Shown here in pieces: positions 8,947-18,796 of a stretch of 27,602 nt of DNA. The notes under the pieces were generated by a model. The model saw nothing but the letters and a program-made list of their open reading frames with translations, was not told where the DNA came from and did not search any database. Both the position numbers and the translations under genes were made by a program. This stretch comes from Actinomycetota bacterium (lineage in GTDB: Bacteria; Actinomycetota; Actinomycetes; S36-B12; UBA10799): contig JAUPKO010000620.1 of assembly GCA_030837395.1 (NCBI GenBank), positions 1-27,602 of the forward strand. The letters run 5' to 3'. Each line of letters starts with the position of its first letter. The stretch's first letter is position 1.

Positions 8947-10014
8947 TCACAGATCCGGCGAGCAACTCCCGGAGCCCACGGCGGCGAGGCCGGCAAGATC
9001 GCCCCGCTGGAACTCGCGCTGATCCTGGTACACCGGAGCCATCAACTGAGTCGGGTCCGGCACGTGGTTGAGCCCGACGACGTGCGCTAGTTCGTGCAGC
9101 AGGATGGCTCGCAGCGTTACAGGATCGGAGTTTGACGACCCGTCGGGATCGATCGCCACGAAGCCAGTCACATAGTGGGTCAAGCCGGTCTCGGACTCCG
9201 TGACGCCCTGCGGGCCGCCCTGGCCCGCCGCATTCTCGGCCGTGCTGGGGGCCCACCCGATGAGGATCGGCGCCCAGCGCTCGCCGTAGCGCTCGGGCTG
9301 GTACGCCCGGCGGGTCGCCTCGGCACTCGCGGGTTCATCGGTGGTGCCCTCCAACACGAAAGCCACTCCAGTCGCCTGTCGTACCGTCGCCACCACACCG
9401 GCCACGAGGTCGTAGGCCCCCGCAGGTGCCCCCGCCAGGTTGACCACGACCTGCCACTGCCGACAGGGCGAGAATCCCGCAGCCGATCCGTCCGGGTTGG
9501 TCGTCATGGCCGCCCAGTCGCTGCTGCCGTTGAATGGGACCTTGGCCAGCAACCGCCGGGGCTGCTCACCGACTCCAGGCGGTGGAAAGTCAGGCGGACG
9601 GGCTGGTTCGACCGGTTCGGCGAACACCTCGAGGTTCGGAGAGGGGGGCGCCTGCACGCTGATGGCGGGGGCCGGTTCGGCCGGTGCCGTGGCCGCCGGA
9701 GTCATCGGCGCGGCTGGCTGGACGGTGGCTTGCGGCGCCACTGCCTCGGCACTCTGGCGGGGGTCCAGGCCGCGGCCCACCAGTGCCCCCGCGACCAGCG
9801 CAAGCACCGCCACGGTGGCCGCCATCACCCAGGCACCTCGGTGCGACTGTCGACGGGCCGGGGCGGGCGCAGGCACCGAGTCATCGACCTCGATCAGGAA
9901 AACCCAGTCCGACGGTGCGGCCGGCCAGTGCGCGGGCGGCCGCCAGCCGGCCGGGGGCAACCACCCCGTTGGCGGCGTGGGCCAGCCGGGCGGGCCGTTC
10001 CAGTAGACCGCCAT
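8947..10014 (-). CDS. Membrane-anchored matrixin/metzincin-type zinc metalloprotease with N-terminal Trp/Pro-rich module
   Basis: HELAHVVGLNH (HExxHxxGxxH) plus Met-turn QLMAP; one TM helix; Pro/Ala linker. Confidence 0.8.
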   Translation of the reverse strand: MAVYWNGPPGWPTPPTGWLPPAGWRPPAHWPAAPSDWVFLIEVDDSVPAPAPARRQSHRGAWVMAATVAVLALVAGALVGRGLDPRQSAEAVAPQATVQPAAPMTPAATAPAEPAPAISVQAPPSPNLEVFAEPVEPARPPDFPPPGVGEQPRRLLAKVPFNGSSDWAAMTTNPDGSAAGFSPCRQWQVVVNLAGAPAGAYDLVAGVVATVRQATGVAFVLEGTTDEPASAEATRRAYQPERYGERWAPILIGWAPSTAENAAGQGGPQGVTESETGLTHYVTGFVAIDPDGSSNSDPVTLRAILLHELAHVVGLNHVPDPTQLMAPVYQDQREFQRGDLAGLAAVGSGSCSPDL

Positions 10015-10205
10015 CGGTCACCACCTTCCGGCGCGCGCCCCGCACCACACTTCGATTATCGCCCCTGCGCGCGGTCGGCCGCGCCCCGCCTGACCAACTC
10101 GAGGACCAGGACCCAGAATCAGCGTCCGCGCTGCTCATCGGCCATGCTAGAGGGGAGGCTCCCGGTGCGGTGAGCCCGATGCTCGGCACCGAAGGGAATT
10201 GAGCC

Positions 10206-11870
10206 ATGGGACTGCGGCAGACCAATCTCGCCAAACTCGACGGCGGCGACTTCGACGTGCTGATCGTGGGCGGTGGCATCAACGGCGCAGTGTCCGCGGC
10301 GGCACTGGCGGCCCGGGGCGCCTCGGTGGCCGTGATCGATCGCGGTGACTTCGCCAGCTTCACCTCGATGGAGTCCTCCAACTTGGTGTGGGGTGGCTTC
10401 AAGTACCTGGAGAACTATGAGTTCGGCCTGGTGCGCAACCTGTGCATGTCGCGCAATCACCTCATGCGCGCCTACCCGGCCAACCTCAAGGAGATCCGCT
10501 TCCTGGCCACCCTTGATGAGCACTCTCCCTACCAGCCGTGGTTCTCGGCACTGGGCGCCACGGCCTATTGGATGATCGGCAACGGCTTCACCAAACCGCC
10601 GGCACTGCTGGGCCGCAAGGGCATCCTCAAGCGCGAGCCCAAGGTCGACGTCGACACGGCTCTCGGCGGCATCGAGTACTCGGACGCCTACATCGTCGAC
10701 AACGACTCCCGCTTCGTGTTCGGGTTCATCAGGTCCGCGTTGAACTCAGGTGCGGTGTGCGCCAACTACGTGGAGCTGCGCAGTGCCGAGCGCACACCGT
10801 GGGGGTGGCGGGCGTGGCTGCACGACACCGACGGCGGGGCCGACTACGAGGTCACGGCAAAGGTGATCGTCAACGCGGCCGGCCCGTTCATCGACGACCT
10901 CAACGCCGCCCTGGGCATCACCACCAAACACAAGATCGTGTTCTCCAAGGGAATCCACCTGCTCGTGCCCCGCATCGCCGGCAGCGAGCGAGTGCTGGCG
11001 TTCTTCGACGACACCGAGCGACTGTTCTACGTGATCCCCATGGGTCCGCGGTCGGTGATCGGCACCACCGACGAACGCGTCGACCAGCCGGTGACACACG
11101 TTCAAGACGAGGACCGCGACTTCCTGCTCGAACAGATCAACGCGCGCCTCACCCTCGACCAGCCGCTGACCCCGGCCGACATCATCGCCTCCCGGTGTGG
11201 CGTCAGGCCGCTGGTGGTGGAGGGTTCGGGCAAGGGCTCGGAGGAGCAGGACTGGACCTCGCTGTCCCGCAAACACGCCATGGAGGTGGACAAGAAGGAG
11301 AACTTCGTGTCGATCTTCGGCGGCAAACTCACTGACTGCGTCAACATCGGCAACGAGGTCGCCAAGGCGGTGTCCAAACTTGGGGTGCGGTTGGACAAGG
11401 ACCGCAGCACCTGGTACGGCGAGCCGCCCAAGGCCACCCGCGACGAGTTCTTCCGGCAGGCCCGGCTGATGCACCTCGATAAGTTGCGCCAGCGCGCCAG
11501 CTTCGAGACCCTCTCCACCCGGCTGTGGCGCCGCTACGGGCTGCGGGCGTTCGCGATGCTCGAGGCGATCCGCGACGACCCGGCAATGGCGCAGGACATC
11601 ATCGCGGGGGCCGAGTACGTGCGAGTCGAGCTCTACTACGCTGCCCAGACCGAGATGATCACCACCCTGGACGACTTCCTGCGGCGCCGCTCCAAGATCG
11701 CCCTCGTGCTCAGCTACGAGGAGATCCGCGATGCCGACGGCATCCGCGAGGCCTGCCAGTTGCTGTTCGGCGATGACGCCGACCGGCGCTACGACGAGTA
11801 CTTCACGCGCGAGCGGGAAGCCGAAGCGGCCGCCCTGCGAGCTGCGGATGCGGAGCCCGTGCCGGCCTGA
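10206..11870 (+). CDS. glpD: FAD-dependent glycerol-3-phosphate dehydrogenase/oxidase
   Basis: DVLIVGGGINGA, DFASFTSMESSNLVWGGFKYLE, VNAAGPF, SKGIHLLVP, IGTTDE, GVRPL, GGKLT, DDFLRRRS. Confidence 0.88.
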   Translation: MGLRQTNLAKLDGGDFDVLIVGGGINGAVSAAALAARGASVAVIDRGDFASFTSMESSNLVWGGFKYLENYEFGLVRNLCMSRNHLMRAYPANLKEIRFLATLDEHSPYQPWFSALGATAYWMIGNGFTKPPALLGRKGILKREPKVDVDTALGGIEYSDAYIVDNDSRFVFGFIRSALNSGAVCANYVELRSAERTPWGWRAWLHDTDGGADYEVTAKVIVNAAGPFIDDLNAALGITTKHKIVFSKGIHLLVPRIAGSERVLAFFDDTERLFYVIPMGPRSVIGTTDERVDQPVTHVQDEDRDFLLEQINARLTLDQPLTPADIIASRCGVRPLVVEGSGKGSEEQDWTSLSRKHAMEVDKKENFVSIFGGKLTDCVNIGNEVAKAVSKLGVRLDKDRSTWYGEPPKATRDEFFRQARLMHLDKLRQRASFETLSTRLWRRYGLRAFAMLEAIRDDPAMAQDIIAGAEYVRVELYYAAQTEMITTLDDFLRRRSKIALVLSYEEIRDADGIREACQLLFGDDADRRYDEYFTREREAEAAALRAADAEPVPA

Positions 11871-11873
11871 GCA

Positions 11874-11924
11874 TGACGAGTGTGGTTTCAGGGCATCACA
11901 GGTGCCACGAAACCACACTCGTTA
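11874..11924. terminator. Bidirectional terminator-like inverted repeat between convergent glpD and pstB
   Basis: ACGAGTGTGGTTTC(11876-11889)/GAAACCACACTCGT(11909-11922), 14 perfect bp, with an inner GGCA/TGCC stem. Confidence 0.75.
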
Positions 11925-11932
11925 CAGCGGAC

Positions 11933-12829
11933 CTAACCGAAGCGACCGGAGATGTAGTCCTCGGTCTGCTTCTCCCGCGGGCTGGAGAAGATCTCCTGCG
12001 TGGGGCCGGACTCCACCAACTTGCCGGGCTGACCGACGCCGGCGAGGTTGTAGAACGCCGTGGTGTCCGAGACCCGCGCGGCCTGCTGCATGTTGTGGGT
12101 GACGATGACGATCGTGAACTCGGTCTTGAGTTCGTGCACGAGGTCCTCGATGGCCAGCGTCGAGATCGGGTCCAGCGCCGATGCCGGCTCGTCCATGAGC
12201 AATACCTCCGGCTCGACCGCGATAGCCCGGGCGATGCACAGTCGCTGCTGCTGCCCGCCGGACAGGCCCGCCCCCGGGGCCTTGAGCCGGTCCTTGACCT
12301 CGTTCCACAGGTTGGCCCCACGCAGGGACTTCTCCACCACGACATCGGTGTCGCCCTTGCGCAGCCGACGGCCCTTCTCCAACTTCAATCCGGCGATCAC
12401 GTTGTCGTAGATCGACATCGTCGGGAACGGGTTCGGCCGCTGGAACACCATGCCCACGGTCCGCCGCACGTTGACCGGGTCGACGTCGGGGGCGTAGATG
12501 TTCTGCTCGTCGAGCAGTACCTCACCCTTGACGTGGGCGCCTGGGATTACTTCGTGCATGCGGTTGAGCGTGCGCAGCACCGTCGACTTGCCGCAGCCGG
12601 ACGGCCCGATGAAGGCCGTCACAGCGCGCGGCTCGATCGCCAATGAGACGCCCTCCACCGCAAGGAAACTGCCGTAGTAGATGTTGACGTCGCGTAAGTC
12701 CATTCGCTTGGCTCGCGAACCGCCGTCGATCTCGTGCACCTTCTGCGCCTCCACACGCCCGGCAGCAGCGGCCGAGGCCACCGCCGTCACATCAACCGTC
12801 ACTGGCGAGTTGATCTCCGAAGCCATCAT
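11933..12829 (-). CDS. pstB: Phosphate ABC transporter ATP-binding protein
   Basis: Walker [57 protein letters not shown]. Exact start (12829, 12826 or 12838) uncertain. Confidence 0.95.
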   Translation of the reverse strand: MMASEINSPVTVDVTAVASAAAAGRVEAQKVHEIDGGSRAKRMDLRDVNIYYGSFLAVEGVSLAIEPRAVTAFIGPSGCGKSTVLRTLNRMHEVIPGAHVKGEVLLDEQNIYAPDVDPVNVRRTVGMVFQRPNPFPTMSIYDNVIAGLKLEKGRRLRKGDTDVVVEKSLRGANLWNEVKDRLKAPGAGLSGGQQQRLCIARAIAVEPEVLLMDEPASALDPISTLAIEDLVHELKTEFTIVIVTHNMQQAARVSDTTAFYNLAGVGQPGKLVESGPTQEIFSSPREKQTEDYISGRFG

Positions 12830-12846
12830 TGTCTCCAATCCTCACG

Positions 12847-13920
12847 TCAGGACGTCTTGGGCGCGAATAGTCGAGCGACGATCCGGGCGCCGAGGTACAG
12901 GATCATCACGAGCAGGATAAGTACCAACGCACCCGCCCAGGCGCGGTCCAAAGACGCGTTGGTGCCGCTGGCGATCTGATCCCAGACGAACGTTGGCAAT
13001 GAGGCCTGGGGGCCGGCGAAGGGGTTCCAGTTCATGCTCTGCGACAGGAACGTCGTGAGCAGCAGCGGGGCCGTCTCACCGGCGACGCGAGCCACCGCCA
13101 GCATGACACCGGTGATGATGCCGCCGAGGGCGGTCGGGATGACGATTTTGATGATCGTCTTCCACTTGGGGATGCCGAGCGCCAATGATGCCTCGCGCAG
13201 GTCGTTGGGCACGATGCGCAGCATCTCCTCCGTGGTGCGCACGACCGTCGGGATCATCAGGATCGTCAGGGCCAGCGAGGCCGCGAAGCCGGAGCGTTCG
13301 AAGCCCAGCGTCAGCACCCAGAAGGTGTAGATGAACAGACCAGCGATGATCGACGGGATACCCGTCATCACGTCGACGAAGAAGCTGATCGCCTTGCTGA
13401 GGCGGTTGGCGGCTGCGTACTCAACCAAGTAGACCGCGGTGAGGATGCCGATGGGCACTGCGATGATCGCCGCGATCAGCACCTGCTCCAACGTGCCGAC
13501 CAATGCATGGGCGATGCCACCGCCCTCGCGGCGCGGACTGACGTTGCGCATGGTGTCGGTCATGAAGCTAAGGTCCAGCGCGGCCAGACCCTTGATGATG
13601 GTGACCGTCAAGATGGCCACCAGGGCGGCGAAGGCGGCCACGAACGTGGCATAGATCAGCGTCGTGGCCAAACGGTCGACGGCGTGCCGCTTGCCCTCCA
13701 CCGCGAACGACCAGCCGGTCTGCCCGACGACGAACAGCAGCACTGCGACGACCACGGTGCCGGCCACGCCCTGCACGCCGGTCGTCAGGTTGAGCACGAC
13801 GGCGGCGACCACTGCGGCGACCGCACTGTAGACCGGCGCCAACCGCGGCAGGGTCTTGCCCGTGAGGTCCCGGGCGGGTGCCGGGGTGGGGGCCGAAGGC
13901 CGGGTCGCGGTGGTGCTCAT
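12847..13920 (-). CDS. pstA: Phosphate ABC transporter permease PstA
   Basis: GIPSIIAGLF, EASLALGIPKWKTI, ARVAGETAPLL; ATG 13920 overlaps the pstC stop (ATGA). Confidence 0.93.
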   Translation of the reverse strand: MSTTATRPSAPTPAPARDLTGKTLPRLAPVYSAVAAVVAAVVLNLTTGVQGVAGTVVVAVLLFVVGQTGWSFAVEGKRHAVDRLATTLIYATFVAAFAALVAILTVTIIKGLAALDLSFMTDTMRNVSPRREGGGIAHALVGTLEQVLIAAIIAVPIGILTAVYLVEYAAANRLSKAISFFVDVMTGIPSIIAGLFIYTFWVLTLGFERSGFAASLALTILMIPTVVRTTEEMLRIVPNDLREASLALGIPKWKTIIKIVIPTALGGIITGVMLAVARVAGETAPLLLTTFLSQSMNWNPFAGPQASLPTFVWDQIASGTNASLDRAWAGALVLILLVMILYLGARIVARLFAPKTS

Positions 13921-14903
13921 GAGTTGGCTCCTGAGAAAGCGGCCCGGCGAGCGATGATCCAGCGGGCGATCATGTTGACCACCATCGTGATGACGAACAG
14001 CACCAGACCGGAGGCGATCAACGCACTCAGGCCGTTCGGGCCGGCTTCGTTCCACTTCAGCGCGATGTTGGCGGCGAACGTGTTGCCGCCAGGTTCGGTG
14101 ATGTGCCAGTTGATGGTGAACAGCGCGGACAGGATAAGCGCCACGGCGATGGTCTCACCCAGGGCTCGACCCAATGCCAGCATGGCGCCGGAGATCATTC
14201 CGGGTCGGGCGAAGGGGAACACCGAGACGCGGATCATCTCCCACCGGGTGGCACCGAGGGCCAGAGCGGCCTCTCGGTGCGCCTGCGGCACCTGGGTGAA
14301 CACTTCACGGGTGATGGCCGACATCGTCGGCAGGATCATGATCGCCAGCACGACGGCTGCGATGAAAATCGACTTCGTGTAGATGCCCTGGGTGTTCTTG
14401 AACAGAGGGATGAAGCCGAGGTAGTCGTTCATCCACTTGGTCAGCCCGAACATGTTGGGCATCAGGAACTGCAAGCCCCACAGGCCGAAGATGATCGACG
14501 GCACCGCGGCCAGCACATCCATGACGAAGGCCATCGTGGCGGCCAACTTGCGCGGCGCGTAGAAGGCGATGAACAGGGCCGCGCCGATTCCGATCGGGAC
14601 TGCGATCACCATCGCGATGATTGCCGTCATGAAGGTGCCGAACGCCAAGGCGGCGATGCCGAAGGTAGGCGGCTTGTCGTCCGGGAACCACTCCTGATAG
14701 GTGAAGAAGTTCACCGAGTCTGTGGTGAGCGAGGGGATCGATCGCCACACCAGGAAGATCGCGATGGCCGCCATCACGACCAGGACGCCGATGCCGGCGT
14801 AGAGCGTGGCACCGCGGAACACGCGGTCGCCCTTGCGCACGGCGGAGCCCTTGAGTTCGACCGGTGGCGCGTCGTCCTCCGGCGGCCGGGTGATTGTGGC
14901 CAT
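13917..14903 (-). CDS. pstC: Phosphate ABC transporter permease PstC
   Basis: LAAVPSIIFGLWG, EAALALGATRWE, GRALGETIAV. Confidence 0.95.
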   Translation of the reverse strand: MATITRPPEDDAPPVELKGSAVRKGDRVFRGATLYAGIGVLVVMAAIAIFLVWRSIPSLTTDSVNFFTYQEWFPDDKPPTFGIAALAFGTFMTAIIAMVIAVPIGIGAALFIAFYAPRKLAATMAFVMDVLAAVPSIIFGLWGLQFLMPNMFGLTKWMNDYLGFIPLFKNTQGIYTKSIFIAAVVLAIMILPTMSAITREVFTQVPQAHREAALALGATRWEMIRVSVFPFARPGMISGAMLALGRALGETIAVALILSALFTINWHITEPGGNTFAANIALKWNEAGPNGLSALIASGLVLFVITMVVNMIARWIIARRAAFSGANS

Positions 14904-14938
14904 CTTGCTTCCTTCCCGTTACTGGCCTAGCCAGGGCT

Positions 14939-14977
14939 GCCGGGTGGCGGCGGTCAGTGGGACCACCACCACCCGGC
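14939..14977 (-). promoter_or_regulatory. 17-bp stem-loop in the pstS-pstC intergenic region
   Basis: On the minus strand GCCGGGTGGTGGTGGTC-CCACT-GACCGCCGCCACCCGGC pairs fully with two G-U pairs. Confidence 0.6.
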
Positions 14978-14982
14978 GGGGT

Positions 14983-16095
14983 CTAGCTCAGAGCGCCGAC
15001 GGCGGTCTGGACCTTGGTGAGCAGGTCGGCAGGCAGCGGCACGTAGCCGATCTCGGGCAGGATGTCCTGGGCGGGCTGGCTCGAGGTGTACTCGAAGAAT
15101 GCCTTGGTCAGGTCGAGCTGGTCCGCCGGCAAGCCCTTGGAGCAGGTGATCTCGTAGGTGACCAGAACGATCGGGTAGGAGCCGGGCTCCTTGGTGGTGT
15201 AGTCCAGCGACAGGGCCAGGTTGTTGCCCGTACCCGTGATTTGGGCCGAGCCGATGCCGGCGCTGGCGTTCTCGGTGGTGAGCTCAACGGCGCCACCACC
15301 GTTGTCGATCAAGGCCGCTTGAGCATCGGCCTGCTCGAGGAAGGACTCCTCGATGTAGCCGATCGAGTTGGGGGTGGACTTCAACGACGACGCGATGCCA
15401 TCGTTGCCCTTCGAGCCTTGACCGCCGGGGGCCTTCCACTCCTTCGAGTCACCGAAGGTCCAGGCGCCACCTGACGCGGCCGACAACCATGCGGTGAAGT
15501 TCTGGGTGGTGCCGGAGCCGTCCGACCTGTGGTACTGAGCGATCGGGGCGTCCGGCAGCGTGACACCGGAGTTGATCGCGGCGATGGCCGGATCGTTCCA
15601 GTTGGTGATCTGGCCGTCGAAGATCTTCGCCGTGACCTCGGGCGTGAGGGTGAGCTTGTCGACCCCGTCCACGTTGTAGGCGACGGCGATGGCCCCGCCG
15701 AGCATCGGCAGGTTCCAGGCCTCGTTGTTGGCGCACCGGGTGGCGGCCTGCGTGGTCTGCTCCTCATTCAGCGCCGAATCCGAGCCGGCGAAGGAGGTCT
15801 GGCTGTTGAGGAAGTCCTGGATGCCGGCGCTGGATCCGGACGGGGTGTATTCGATCGTGGCGTCCGGGCACGCGGTCTGGTACTCGTTGATCCACTCGGT
15901 GATGGCGTTCTTCTGGGCCGAGGACCCTGACGCCTTGATCGTCCCGGAGACGCAGTTGATGGCCGAGGCGGATTCGCCGCCGGCGCTGGCGTCCGAGGAC
16001 GAGGTGGAGTCGCTGGACGAACCGCCGCAGGCGGCCAAGGCGAGTGCGCCGATGAAGCCGAGGGCCACGACGCGAGTTGAGCGGGTGACGTTCAC
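14983..16095 (-). CDS. pstS: Phosphate ABC transporter substrate-binding lipoprotein
   Basis: Lipobox LALAAC; ASGSSAQ, SGSSAG, FAGSD, RSDGSGTT, IGYIE, YPIVLVTY. Start GTG 16095 follows SD GGGAGGA. Confidence 0.95.
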   Translation of the reverse strand: MNVTRSTRVVALGFIGALALAACGGSSSDSTSSSDASAGGESASAINCVSGTIKASGSSAQKNAITEWINEYQTACPDATIEYTPSGSSAGIQDFLNSQTSFAGSDSALNEEQTTQAATRCANNEAWNLPMLGGAIAVAYNVDGVDKLTLTPEVTAKIFDGQITNWNDPAIAAINSGVTLPDAPIAQYHRSDGSGTTQNFTAWLSAASGGAWTFGDSKEWKAPGGQGSKGNDGIASSLKSTPNSIGYIEESFLEQADAQAALIDNGGGAVELTTENASAGIGSAQITGTGNNLALSLDYTTKEPGSYPIVLVTYEITCSKGLPADQLDLTKAFFEYTSSQPAQDILPEIGYVPLPADLLTKVQTAVGALS

Positions 16096-16133
16096 CCTGT
16101 TCCTCCCAAGATGAGTTGGATCTGACAGTTGAG

Positions 16134-16199
16134 AAGGTAGGGCCGCTTCGTTACCAGTTCTGAACCCCTTGGTGACGTGCTCATGAACCATGACGTAAC
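16134..16199 (-). promoter_or_regulatory. pstS promoter with ~11-bp periodic PHO-box-like direct repeats and -10 TACCTT
   Basis: Minus-strand pentamers GTTAC (16199), GTTCA (16188), GTCAC (16176), GTTCA (16165), GTAAC (16154); TACCTT at 16139-16134. Resembles the GTTCA 11-nt repeat unit of actinobacterial PhoP boxes. Confidence 0.55.
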
Positions 16200-16280
16200 A
16201 GCGGCATCACCACGTTGCCCCTACGTTCATCTTCACAAGGCCGCCCACCGGCCGCACCCAGGCCCGCCGGCGACGTCGAA

Positions 16281-17192
16281 TCAGCCGTCGAAACGTTCGA
16301 CCGCAATGACTCTGCCGGTCGGCCGGTTGCGCGGGCCGACCTCGCGATGGATCACGATGAAGCCACCCGGATCCAGGGACGGCCGTAGCAACGGGGATTT
16401 CACTTTCAGCGAGAACTCCTGGGCCAACGTGGCCAGCAGATCCGGCAGCACCGGACGGTGGCTGCAGATGACCAGCGGCGCCGACCGCACAGCGAGGCTG
16501 CGCAGCCGACGTAACGCCGTTTTGGGGCGACGCGAGAAGATCTCCTCGCTGAACAACGACTCCTCCACGATGCCGGCCTTCAGGTGCGACGCCAGCGGCT
16601 CGACCGTCTGCATACACCGTCGTGAATCCGAACTGTGCACGCGCGCGATGCCGAACGCAGTCAGCGGCGCTACCAGTGCCCGCGCCTGCGTCAGGCCGTA
16701 CTTGGTCAGGGGCCGCCGGGTGTCGTTGCCACCCCGATAATCCGAGCGCCGCATGGCCTCTGCGTGGCGCAGCACCACCAGCGGCGAGGTATGCGGAGTC
16801 GACAACGCGTCCAGGATCAACTGACGGTCGCGAGGGTAGGTCAAGCGGGCACGCGCCTTGGCTGGCGTCATCCACTCGATCCGGTCGACCTCCTTGTTGG
16901 GCTTGAAGCCCGGGCCACCAGGGCGGATGTGCGCCACCCAGTAGTCCACCGTCTTGGGGCCGGAGTCGACGCGATAGCGCTGCTGGCGTAGGGGCGCCCC
17001 GAGCAGCACATCAGAGCCGGTCTCCTCCGTCGCCTCCCGGCGCGCGGTAGTGGGCATCAACTCGCCCGGATCGGCCTTCCCTTTGGGTAGCGACCAGTCG
17101 TTCTGCCGCGGCCGGTGCACCAGGCACACCCGTATCCCGCTTGGCCCGCGCCGCACCAGCACCACACCAGCGGCCTGGATCGTGGCAGCCAC
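16281..17192 (-). CDS. mutT1: NUDIX hydrolase with C-terminal histidine phosphatase domain (MutT1-like)
   Basis: DWSLPKGK, Nudix box GELMPTTARREATEETG, then LVVLRHAEA and VHSSDSRRCMQT. Confidence 0.85.
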   Translation of the reverse strand: MAATIQAAGVVLVRRGPSGIRVCLVHRPRQNDWSLPKGKADPGELMPTTARREATEETGSDVLLGAPLRQQRYRVDSGPKTVDYWVAHIRPGGPGFKPNKEVDRIEWMTPAKARARLTYPRDRQLILDALSTPHTSPLVVLRHAEAMRRSDYRGGNDTRRPLTKYGLTQARALVAPLTAFGIARVHSSDSRRCMQTVEPLASHLKAGIVEESLFSEEIFSRRPKTALRRLRSLAVRSAPLVICSHRPVLPDLLATLAQEFSLKVKSPLLRPSLDPGGFIVIHREVGPRNRPTGRVIAVERFDG

Positions 17193-17194
17193 TG

Positions 17195-18796
17195 CTAGAC
17201 CAGCCGCGTTTCCCGTTGCACGGCCTTCACCTGAGCCCAGATGGCGCGGAATTCGATACGGTTGTGGATCTCCTCCTCGAATTCGTGCTCGTGCAGCAGT
17301 CCCAGCGCGAAGCCGGTCTCGCCGTCCACGTCACGCATGGCGGCGATCTCCCTGATGACGTCCTGCGCAACGCAGGCATCCTGGTGCTCGCCGAGCACCT
17401 CGGTGACAAGGCTGAGCGACTCCTCCAACGTTTCAGCTGGCTCGCCGAACACGGGGATCACCGCACCGGCGGCATACCGGGCACGCTTGGCCGCGATGCG
17501 CGCCTGGTGCCACGTCTCGGCCGGACCCTCCAACTCCAGGCCCTTGACCGACTTGCGCAACCGACGCCACGACTTGTCGACCAGCGCCGGCAACACCTCC
17601 GCGCAGGGTTCGTCCGCCAACGGGGTGAGCGCCGGGTCGGCTGCGGCCGCCACCAGGGACTGCAGCAAGGCCAAGTGCCGTGGGCTCCGCATCGCCGCCA
17701 GACCGTGGTCGCGAGCCCCGGCCAGCCGGTGTCGAAGCACCGGGTCCATGACCGCGCGGATCAGCACCGCCTCCCGCTCGCCGAGCTCATCTGCATGCGC
17801 ATCCAGCCGTTCCAGCAGCACCTCGGTGTCGCGGGCATGCCCGAGCTCGCCGGCGGCCCAGGCCAACTCTTCGCGAAGGTCGGCGGCCCAGGCGGGGTCG
17901 ACCAGCGGCGCGAATGTCTTCAGCCCGCTGCGCAGCCGCCGAGCAGCCACCCGCATCTGGTGCACGGCGTCGGGCAGATCCCGGCGCACCCGCACGTCCT
18001 GGTTGAGGAAGGCCCGCGCATGCTTGCGCAGGTAGGCCGTGACCGCCGCGCCGGCCGGGTCGGCCGGGCCGACGGCCTCCTGCTTGGGCACGTCCGGCGG
18101 TTGGGCCGCGGCCGGGCCGAGCGCACTGGCCGCCTTGGAACTCTCGCTGGGCACCGCACCGCCGGCCAGCAGCAAGTCGACCGGGCCCGAGAGGTCCGCG
18201 TCGGCCATGAGGGCCTCGACCTCGATCTCACGGAACATCGACACGACACTGTCGCCGTCCAGGATCGACACCCGATCGTCGACGAGTTCGGCGAAAGCCG
18301 CACCCTCGGCGTCGTAGAGCAGGTAGGGCGTGCGCTCCGTACGCAGTTCGACCACCGGGACCAACGCAGCACCGCGAACATAGGCGGTGACGACGTCACG
18401 CAGGGCCTCGGGCACATGGCCGATCTCGCCCTCCGACAATGGCACCCGCAGTTCGTCACGAACGCCCTCACTGGCGCCGTCGACCGGCAACTTCATGTGC
18501 CAGCCGGCGTCGTCGCCGCCCTCCCGCCGGCGCAGCGTCACACCCCACCGGAAGAGCGCGAGGTCCTCGGTGTCGTGGTACACGGCACTGAGCACGCGGG
18601 TGCGTTGCGGTGCCACCTGCTCGACTCCGGCCGCGGTGCTCAGATCGGGGAGTCTGAACAAGCCGTGCACCCGCAACTTCGTCTCCACCTCGCGCACCTC
18701 CTGCGGATGCGGCATCGGCGGGGCGTCGGCCTCGGACGTCGGGTCGTCGCGGCGCACATCCGGCGGTGTCGGGTCCTCGGCATCGTCGGTGTTCAT
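17195..18796 (-). CDS. CYTH + CHAD domain protein (polyphosphate-associated)
   Basis: N-terminal REVETKL / [18 protein letters not shown] (CYTH); [32 protein letters not shown] (CHAD); ATGA overlap with the ppk1 stop. Confidence 0.92.
   Translation of the reverse strand: MNTDDAEDPTPPDVRRDDPTSEADAPPMPHPQEVREVETKLRVHGLFRLPDLSTAAGVEQVAPQRTRVLSAVYHDTEDLALFRWGVTLRRREGGDDAGWHMKLPVDGASEGVRDELRVPLSEGEIGHVPEALRDVVTAYVRGAALVPVVELRTERTPYLLYDAEGAAFAELVDDRVSILDGDSVVSMFREIEVEALMADADLSGPVDLLLAGGAVPSESSKAASALGPAAAQPPDVPKQEAVGPADPAGAAVTAYLRKHARAFLNQDVRVRRDLPDAVHQMRVAARRLRSGLKTFAPLVDPAWAADLREELAWAAGELGHARDTEVLLERLDAHADELGEREAVLIRAVMDPVLRHRLAGARDHGLAAMRSPRHLALLQSLVAAAADPALTPLADEPCAEVLPALVDKSWRRLRKSVKGLELEGPAETWHQARIAAKRARYAAGAVIPVFGEPAETLEESLSLVTEVLGEHQDACVAQDVIREIAAMRDVDGETGFALGLLHEHEFEEEIHNRIEFRAIWAQVKAVQRETRLV

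Noticed and set aside
5510-10014. Genomic island integrated at tRNA-Phe
   Set aside because: No integrase, no duplicated tRNA 3' end, and no evident GC or codon shift in the downstream genes.
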